From a virus (taxonomy: Duplodnaviria > Caudoviricetes), in IMG/VR virus record IMGVR_UViG_3300036466_000234, positions 1 to 63,439 of that record: a DNA stretch of 63,439 nt. One strand, 5' to 3'. Numbering within the stretch: position 1 is the stretch's first letter; every line of letters starts with the position of its first letter. Under the pieces are notes generated by a model. That model was not told the origin of the DNA and ran no database searches. It was given only the letters and a program-made list of their open reading frames with translations. Positions 57,282 through 63,439 of the stretch are shown piece after piece. The position numbers were made by a program, and so were the translations under genes.

Positions 57282-59633
57282 ATGGCAGAAACTATAAGAG
57301 ACTTGGCATTTAAGGTAAGTTTGAATATGAATTTAGCTGGTCTTAAAAGTGCCAATAGTCAAGTTACTAACTTTAGAAATAATGTAACGAATATGGTTAG
57401 AAATGTTAGTAAGAATGTCAATATGGTTAATCAAAATTTAAATAGCATAAGAACTTTCAAAGCAGTAAGTAGAATAAATAAGATAGGCGAGGCTATCGAC
57501 AAAGTTAAAGCCAAATCCAAAGAGTCTGGAGTTGGAATGGCTAGTGCTCATGGAAGTGGCGTAGACCCTGCCTTTAAAGGTAAGAAAGGTAATGCAGTAT
57601 ATGGAACTTCCCCATACGGTTATCAAGTAAATAGACTAAATGCAATGGTGTTGACATCTACTAGACTTGTTGTAGCAGGAATACATGGATTACAGCTTAA
57701 ATCACTTCAATCTAAAGCTCAATCTTTAAAGTTGGATAAGGATATATTGTCAAACTTGACTAGGCAAAAGTCTGAACGTAAAGCTATGATCTCAAACCTT
57801 AAAGAAATACGGGATTTGCTAGGAAAGGCAAAATATAATGCTCTAGGCGGTGCAAAAGGTTTAGCAAATATGGCAAAGTCTGCTATTAGTTTATTTGCAA
57901 CGATGAGAATGGTTAGAGGTTTATTTGGTGTGGCTAATAAGTCTATTGATGAATATGAATATAAATTAGAAGGGCTTACCAGACAGGAAACATTCTTTGC
58001 TACTGCATTGAAATTTAGAGAAAAAACTGTGCAAGGTATGGCTAAGAGTGGTGCTAAAAGTTTTGATGAATTTAAACAAGCTAGTGCCAATTCTCTAGCA
58101 GAAGCGAGAAAAAATATCCAAGCTGTAACACAAGAAGGTGTTATATCTTCTAGGGCATTAGGCTTAGCTGTGGGTCAATTAGCCTCATTCCAAATTGATA
58201 CAGATGCTTGGTTTGGTGGGGAAAAAGGCAGAGCAAACTTAGAATCAATAGCTGACTTAGCTTCGGCTGTATATGGTCCTAAAGCAACAAAAGGTAATAT
58301 GATAAATATAGCTAACATGATTGGTAAGGCAGATGCACTAAGTTTATTTGGGCAGATGCAAAGATGGGGGATCGTCCTTACGGACGCACAAAAGAAAATT
58401 ATTAAGACAGGAAATGAAACAGAACGTCTAGGTGCTATCATGGAAGGATTAGAACAAAACGTAGGCGGATTAAATAAAGCTATGGGTAAAACTGTAAGTG
58501 GTGCTTATTATAAGCAATTAAATAAATATAATGAGCTTATGGCAGATTTGGGCGAAACTGCAATGAGAATTAAAACTGCATTTCTAAAACTTTATATTGC
58601 AATTTTTCCTCTCATAAGTGGCCCTATTGAAATACTAGGCCCTATACTAGCTGTAATTTCCGATGGTGTTGCGACTTTCTTTAATGCCATAAACAAATTA
58701 AATCCAGAACTATTAAAAATATTAGGAACTATTCTTGCAATGAGAGTTGCAATGCCAATGCTAGGAACTCTATTTAATGGACTGCTAGGCCCTATATTGA
58801 ACATGGTAGGGTTGGGAAATGTATTCACAAAGCAAGGTATGACTAAGATTGCATCGACTATGAACGGAGGAGTCCTTGCTATGTTTATTCCATTCAAAAA
58901 ATGGTTTGGTAAAATGCCTAAATTTATGAAAACTGGATTTGCTAAGATGTTGACACCTTTCAGATGGTTCTTTGGGGCTATTGGTAAAGTGTTAGCACTC
59001 TTTGGAATACAAGTCAACACAGCCTTTTGGCCAATCACAATAGCAGTATTGGCTATAGGATTAATAGTACAAGACTTATGGACTGTATTTCATGGTGGAA
59101 AGGGTATTACAGGTGGGTTAGTAAAGCAATTAAAAATATTATGGAAATCTACTAAGACTATTAGGGAAGAATTTATGAAGTTATTTAATGCAATAGGTGG
59201 GATGGATACTGTTAAAAATGTGTTTGCAGCATCAATGACAGCAATAATGTCCCCTATAATAATCACCATAAAAGCTATAGAATTGTTGATATGGACAATC
59301 AATAAGATGGTCGAAGGTGCAAAATGGCTGAGTGAGAGGTTTGGTGGAAAAAATAAAGGTATGCACATAGTCCATGATTTAAATGCAAGTCCTATGTATC
59401 AAGGTTCTGCTTTTAATATGGGTAGACCGAAGCCAACAAGTGCAAGTAGTAGTGAAGTTAAAAATTCTAAAGGTTTTAATAATTATTATGTAACTCAACA
59501 TATAGATGGGACTACAATAAAAGGAACTTACATTGACAAGAAAGCACTCAAAAAAGATATAGTTGAGGCAAACAATAAAAGTGTAAATAGAACTCTAGAC
59601 TTAGCCTTTATCTCAGAGGGAGGGATGATATGA
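57282..59633 (+). CDS. Tape measure protein
   Basis: MAETIRDL start; Ala/Gly/Met-rich helical protein with a hydrophobic segment; position. Confidence 0.85.
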   Translation: MAETIRDLAFKVSLNMNLAGLKSANSQVTNFRNNVTNMVRNVSKNVNMVNQNLNSIRTFKAVSRINKIGEAIDKVKAKSKESGVGMASAHGSGVDPAFKGKKGNAVYGTSPYGYQVNRLNAMVLTSTRLVVAGIHGLQLKSLQSKAQSLKLDKDILSNLTRQKSERKAMISNLKEIRDLLGKAKYNALGGAKGLANMAKSAISLFATMRMVRGLFGVANKSIDEYEYKLEGLTRQETFFATALKFREKTVQGMAKSGAKSFDEFKQASANSLAEARKNIQAVTQEGVISSRALGLAVGQLASFQIDTDAWFGGEKGRANLESIADLASAVYGPKATKGNMINIANMIGKADALSLFGQMQRWGIVLTDAQKKIIKTGNETERLGAIMEGLEQNVGGLNKAMGKTVSGAYYKQLNKYNELMADLGETAMRIKTAFLKLYIAIFPLISGPIEILGPILAVISDGVATFFNAINKLNPELLKILGTILAMRVAMPMLGTLFNGLLGPILNMVGLGNVFTKQGMTKIASTMNGGVLAMFIPFKKWFGKMPKFMKTGFAKMLTPFRWFFGAIGKVLALFGIQVNTAFWPITIAVLAIGLIVQDLWTVFHGGKGITGGLVKQLKILWKSTKTIREEFMKLFNAIGGMDTVKNVFAASMTAIMSPIIITIKAIELLIWTINKMVEGAKWLSERFGGKNKGMHIVHDLNASPMYQGSAFNMGRPKPTSASSSEVKNSKGFNNYYVTQHIDGTTIKGTYIDKKALKKDIVEANNKSVNRTLDLAFISEGGMI

Positions 59634-60244
59634 TAACCTTAAAAGCATACCAAAAAGATAGTGAAGGATTATCTTCTTCACTCATTTCCACCCTCTATTT
59701 GAGAGGTGTGAAAAGTTTGAATGTAGAAAGGCAAGCTAAAGCTTCAACTAGAAGGTCTGAGGTTGGATATGAATATACAGATAATATGAGCTTGCAATCA
59801 AATAAAGTTGCAATAAGTGGCTATGTTTCTGATATAAATAAAGATGATAATGGAAATTGGACAGCAGAAGAATCATATATAGATGGAATAGAGAATAGCC
59901 TCATATCTATATATGAAAATAAATACTTTTGTGATGTATATGATGGCAAACGTGGAAAGGTTTATTCAAATTATATAATACTAGACCTAAGCATATCTGA
60001 AAAATCTGAATCTACTAAAGGTTTTGAGTTTTCTATGAACTTGCAAGAGGTTAGATTTAGCACAATAGGAATAACAAAATACATAGTGAATACAGAAAAA
60101 GGTGGCCCATATTCTAGTGGAAATAATAAAAGTGGTTCTACTAAAGATGGCAAAACTATGGATGGGAAGACTTCTATCGCTGGTACTGCTGTTGGTGGCT
60201 CGGAAGGATTTCTCGGAAAATTTATTGTGGGGAGTAGTGATTAA
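59630..60244 (+). CDS. Baseplate/tail tube initiator protein
   Basis: EVGYEYTDN...ISGYVSD...FSMNLQEVR. Confidence 0.7.
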   Translation: MITLKAYQKDSEGLSSSLISTLYLRGVKSLNVERQAKASTRRSEVGYEYTDNMSLQSNKVAISGYVSDINKDDNGNWTAEESYIDGIENSLISIYENKYFCDVYDGKRGKVYSNYIILDLSISEKSESTKGFEFSMNLQEVRFSTIGITKYIVNTEKGGPYSSGNNKSGSTKDGKTMDGKTSIAGTAVGGSEGFLGKFIVGSSD

Positions 60245-60580
60245 ATGTACTATTTTGATTTTGGAGATACAGACAATTTAGAATTAGAATCAATTAAAAA
60301 AACCTTCACAACAGAAAGTGGCGTTACCCTCATATTGGAAATCTTTTATAACAATACTACAGGACACTTATATTTGAATGTATATAATGAAGATGGGGAG
60401 TCTGTGGCATTAGGGATAAAGTTGGTACAAGAGATTGATTTGTTTGCAAAATTTGCATATCTATTTAGCTCTGATATATATGCAATGATTCTCCCTAGCA
60501 CATCTGACTACGAATATGAGGAAGTTACTATAGATAACTTCAATAGTGGGGTGAAATTATTCTATTATGAAAGCGTATAA
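60245..60580 (+). CDS. Baseplate plug-like protein
   Basis: YN...LYLNVY...GIKLV...DL; position. Confidence 0.6.
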   Translation: MYYFDFGDTDNLELESIKKTFTTESGVTLILEIFYNNTTGHLYLNVYNEDGESVALGIKLVQEIDLFAKFAYLFSSDIYAMILPSTSDYEYEEVTIDNFNSGVKLFYYESV

Positions 60581-61451
60581 TCATATAAGAAAGATAGAAA
60601 CTGATACTAGACTATTAATAAGCTATCAAGATTTTGATATAAATTTTAATTGTCAATTTTCTGCTGACAGCACATCTAACCAATGCACAATAGATTTGTA
60701 CAACATCTCCAAATCGTCATTGGCTTATCTAAAGAATTGCAAATCTCTAACAATAGAGGCAGGATATGATGGATTTAGTGGTTATGTGTTTATCGGTAAA
60801 GTTGATGGCTTAACAGTAGAAAAGGAAGATGGGGGAGATGTTGTAACTAAGTTGCAATGCACCCCCGATGCAACATCATGGAATAGAAATTTTATATCTA
60901 AATCATATGCACAGAGAGTTTCTTATGCCTACGTTGCTGAGGATATAATTAAGACTGCTGGATGGAATGTAGGAAATTTATCTTTTCTAAACAGAACAGA
61001 TGGAGTTCCTTATAGATATATAGGTGGTAAGTATTTCCGAAAACCTGCTAGGGAATGCCTAGAAGAAATAGCAAAAGATGCAGGGTTAGTATTACACTTT
61101 AGCAACAATAGTGTGTATATGTACCCTAAAAACCAATTAGGCTATGAAGCTATTGTGGTATCTGCAACAGATGGTAGCTTGATTGACTCCCCTACAGAAG
61201 AAAAATCAGAGGAGGAGGATACTAAGAAATATAAGATCAAAACTGTGCTTAGATATGATTATGCAGAAGGTAGGCATATAATAGTGCAAGGCTCTGACTA
61301 TATAGATGAGTCCGAATATACAATAGTTTCTGGTAGTCATGTGGCTTCTGACAATGAGATGTACTCAGAATTGATAATAGAGCAATCAAAAAGCACAACA
61401 TTCGAGGTGTCTAATATATATGATAGCGAACATCATGTGACAGGGAGGTAG
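60567..61451 (+). CDS. Baseplate hub protein
   Basis: NQCTIDLYNI...IEAGY...FIG...LIDSP. Confidence 0.75.
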   Translation: MKAYNHIRKIETDTRLLISYQDFDINFNCQFSADSTSNQCTIDLYNISKSSLAYLKNCKSLTIEAGYDGFSGYVFIGKVDGLTVEKEDGGDVVTKLQCTPDATSWNRNFISKSYAQRVSYAYVAEDIIKTAGWNVGNLSFLNRTDGVPYRYIGGKYFRKPARECLEEIAKDAGLVLHFSNNSVYMYPKNQLGYEAIVVSATDGSLIDSPTEEKSEEEDTKKYKIKTVLRYDYAEGRHIIVQGSDYIDESEYTIVSGSHVASDNEMYSELIIEQSKSTTFEVSNIYDSEHHVTGR

Positions 61452-61453
61452 TT

Positions 61454-62125
61454 ATGACAAACATTGAAGCTAGAAAGATAATACAGTTAATAGATGCAAA
61501 GATAAGCAAAGCTTTGAGGGATGTCCACACTACAGCTCTTGGTAAGATAATATCATATGATGCCACGACTATGAGGGCAGAGGTGCAACTCTTAGAAAGT
61601 ATAGAATTTAATGGGGTGCATTATGCCTCGCCTATCATACCTAATTGCCTAGTATCTTATGAAAGAACGGGAGATTTCTATATTAGAATCCCATACAAAG
61701 TTGGAGATAAGGTTATAGTGGGCTTTTGTGAGTCCTCTATAGATAATGTATCTTACTATGGACAGGCTCAAAATCAAAGTGTGTATAGGAGGCACTCAGA
61801 GGATGATGCTATTGTATTAAGTGGTTGGAGAGCAGATGTAGAGTCAAAATTGTCTAGTGATAACACAGGGGATTATTTAATATATAATACAGCAAATAAT
61901 TCTAAGATTGTATTTAAGGCAAGCGGTGAAGTTGAGATAAATAATGGAACTAGCGTGGTGATAGGTACAGATGGCACTATAACTACAAATGCTACAACTA
62001 TTAATGCAACCAACGCCACTATAACTTGCACAGAGGCTGAAATAGGTGGCATACCCTTTACGACTCACACACATTTATATACCCATGCAAGTCCCGATGA
62101 CGGTACTACAAAGCCACCACAATAA
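61454..62125 (+). CDS. Baseplate spike (Gp138-like)
   Basis: VHT...IISYD...PYKVGD.V..GF.E..ID...RRH..DDA; C-terminal HTH iron-binding tip. Confidence 0.82.
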   Translation: MTNIEARKIIQLIDAKISKALRDVHTTALGKIISYDATTMRAEVQLLESIEFNGVHYASPIIPNCLVSYERTGDFYIRIPYKVGDKVIVGFCESSIDNVSYYGQAQNQSVYRRHSEDDAIVLSGWRADVESKLSSDNTGDYLIYNTANNSKIVFKASGEVEINNGTSVVIGTDGTITTNATTINATNATITCTEAEIGGIPFTTHTHLYTHASPDDGTTKPPQ

Positions 62126-62134
62126 GGAGGTAAT

Positions 62135-62623
62135 ATGAGAGGATTGCAAGCTTTCTTCGATTCTGATGGTAATATGGATATTTACCTAGAGAATGGTAGG
62201 GGTGTAATAATAAAAGATGATGACGAAATGATACAGGCTTTAAAATATGAATTAGAATCAAACTTGGGGCAATGGTATCTAGGAACGGATTTCGGTATAC
62301 CAATATTTCAAGACGATGGAAGTGGTTTGTTAGATGTTAAATTATCTAGCAATGCTGAATTTCAAAATGCAATATTAGATGTGGTTAGCAAAAGGTCTGA
62401 AATCGTCTCTGCTATTGTCAATAGTATAGCATATGGCACAGCGACAGAAACTATATCTAAAACTTTAGACACATTTATGGCAAATTACAATACTATGTCA
62501 AATTCTAGTTTTATGAAAAATTTGACTACCATAACATATGAATCGAAACCTCAAAGAAATTTAGAAATTGAAATAGAAATAAAAACTGAACGAGGGGTAA
62601 TTGACTTAACTATAAGTTTATAA
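62135..62623 (+). CDS. Baseplate wedge / sheath initiator protein
   Basis: QAL...L..NLGQWYLGTDFGIP. Confidence 0.7.
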   Translation: MRGLQAFFDSDGNMDIYLENGRGVIIKDDDEMIQALKYELESNLGQWYLGTDFGIPIFQDDGSGLLDVKLSSNAEFQNAILDVVSKRSEIVSAIVNSIAYGTATETISKTLDTFMANYNTMSNSSFMKNLTTITYESKPQRNLEIEIEIKTERGVIDLTISL

Positions 62624-62633
62624 GGAGGATTAA

Positions 62634-62891
62634 ATGATAACACAAAAGATCGAATTAGACTCAACGCCTGTTTTAATTGGATTAACAGAATCTGCAACTC
62701 TATTCAACAAATCTAATGTAGGAGTGAGAGGTGGCAAAGCTATTGCATTAGCTATAACAGATGGTAATGAGCCAGATAAAGATATCCACATAACTTTATT
62801 TGCAGATGAAGATAAATATTATGAATATGTAAGCGGTGAAAGTTTATATGCTTGGGCTATTAATGAAGTAGCTACATTAATTATAGGATAG
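62634..62891 (+). CDS. Hypothetical protein
   Basis: AAGGAGG RBS. Confidence 0.55.
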   Translation: MITQKIELDSTPVLIGLTESATLFNKSNVGVRGGKAIALAITDGNEPDKDIHITLFADEDKYYEYVSGESLYAWAINEVATLIIG

Positions 62892-62900
62892 GAGGGAAAG

Positions 62901-63439
62901 ATGAGTTTTATTTCAAAAGAAGTTTTAAATTTCAATACCGAAATACAGGATATAGTAGATGGATTGACCACACAAGTAGATGGAATGAATGACATTTTGC
63001 AAGAGTTTCAAGACAATGATAATTATTTAGAGAGAAATAAATTAAATACAGGATATGCACATCAAGGGGGCTTACTAGGTGTAACAAGTATAGCTAGTGT
63101 AGACTATCAATATTTAGCAGGGGATTCTAAATATTATAAATTAAAATCTGACACTACAGTTCCATACACACACGATGGTACTGACACGCCAAATACAACT
63201 TATTTTGAAGAAGTTTCTTATAGGATAACTTCGGATAAAGTAGAGAATTTACAAGAAGCTGTATTTAATACCGATAAGGTTTATGGTGTTGAGTTTAGTG
63301 GTAGTGATCCAATCGGCACTAGAATATTAGATGCAATAGATATGGTAGCAGAGGTCGGGCTTGACGATTCTACAGTTACAAATGATTTTGATAGCGTGAG
63401 TTTTTTTGACAGACCTATTTGCTGTGGAACTCATGACTC
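62901..63439 (+). CDS. 5' part of a structural or tail-fibre-like protein running off the window
   Basis: GGAGGG RBS, MSFISKEVLN..., frame open to the window end. Confidence 0.55.
   Translation, partial: MSFISKEVLNFNTEIQDIVDGLTTQVDGMNDILQEFQDNDNYLERNKLNTGYAHQGGLLGVTSIASVDYQYLAGDSKYYKLKSDTTVPYTHDGTDTPNTTYFEEVSYRITSDKVENLQEAVFNTDKVYGVEFSGSDPIGTRILDAIDMVAEVGLDDSTVTNDFDSVSFFDRPICCGTHD

Noticed and set aside
1-63439. Stop-codon reassignment explaining the split genes
   Set aside because: Long genes translate fully in code 11; the splits are explained by introns and single-base frameshifts.

Overview
A 63.4 kb AT-rich segment of a large contractile-tailed (myovirus-type) bacteriophage or phage-plasmid. 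The host is probably a low-GC anaerobe; Fusobacteriota is a guess from the GH108 endolysin, strong AGGAGG RBSs and sigma70-type promoters. Positions 1-38.6 kb are a minus-strand early/replication arm: TnpB, two Rep_3-like initiators with iterons, GH108 lysin, PIN-PhoH, phosphoesterase, DnaE, PAPS-reductase-like protein, dUTPase, ThyX-like protein, RuvC, intron-split class II RNR, primase, intein-containing DnaB, Dam-like methylase, AAA ATPase, frameshifted RNA ligase, SSB-like protein, PD-(D/E)XK nuclease, HU and antirepressors. From about 39 kb the genes are on the plus strand: KilA-N, SF1 helicase, antirepressor, a non-coding RNA island (tRNA-like element plus a ~350 nt structured RNA), intron-split terminase, and head, tail and baseplate genes. 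The most striking observations are: (i) an intact, transposase-less TnpB whose 17-nt right-end/omegaRNA terminus recurs exactly, 44 kb away, inside the structured ncRNA; (ii) a 46-bp IS605-type mini-element whose removal restores a small ORF; (iii) several plasmid-type origin elements; (iv) two group I introns and an Ala-initiated class 3 intein. All calls come from motif reading only; no database searches were run.
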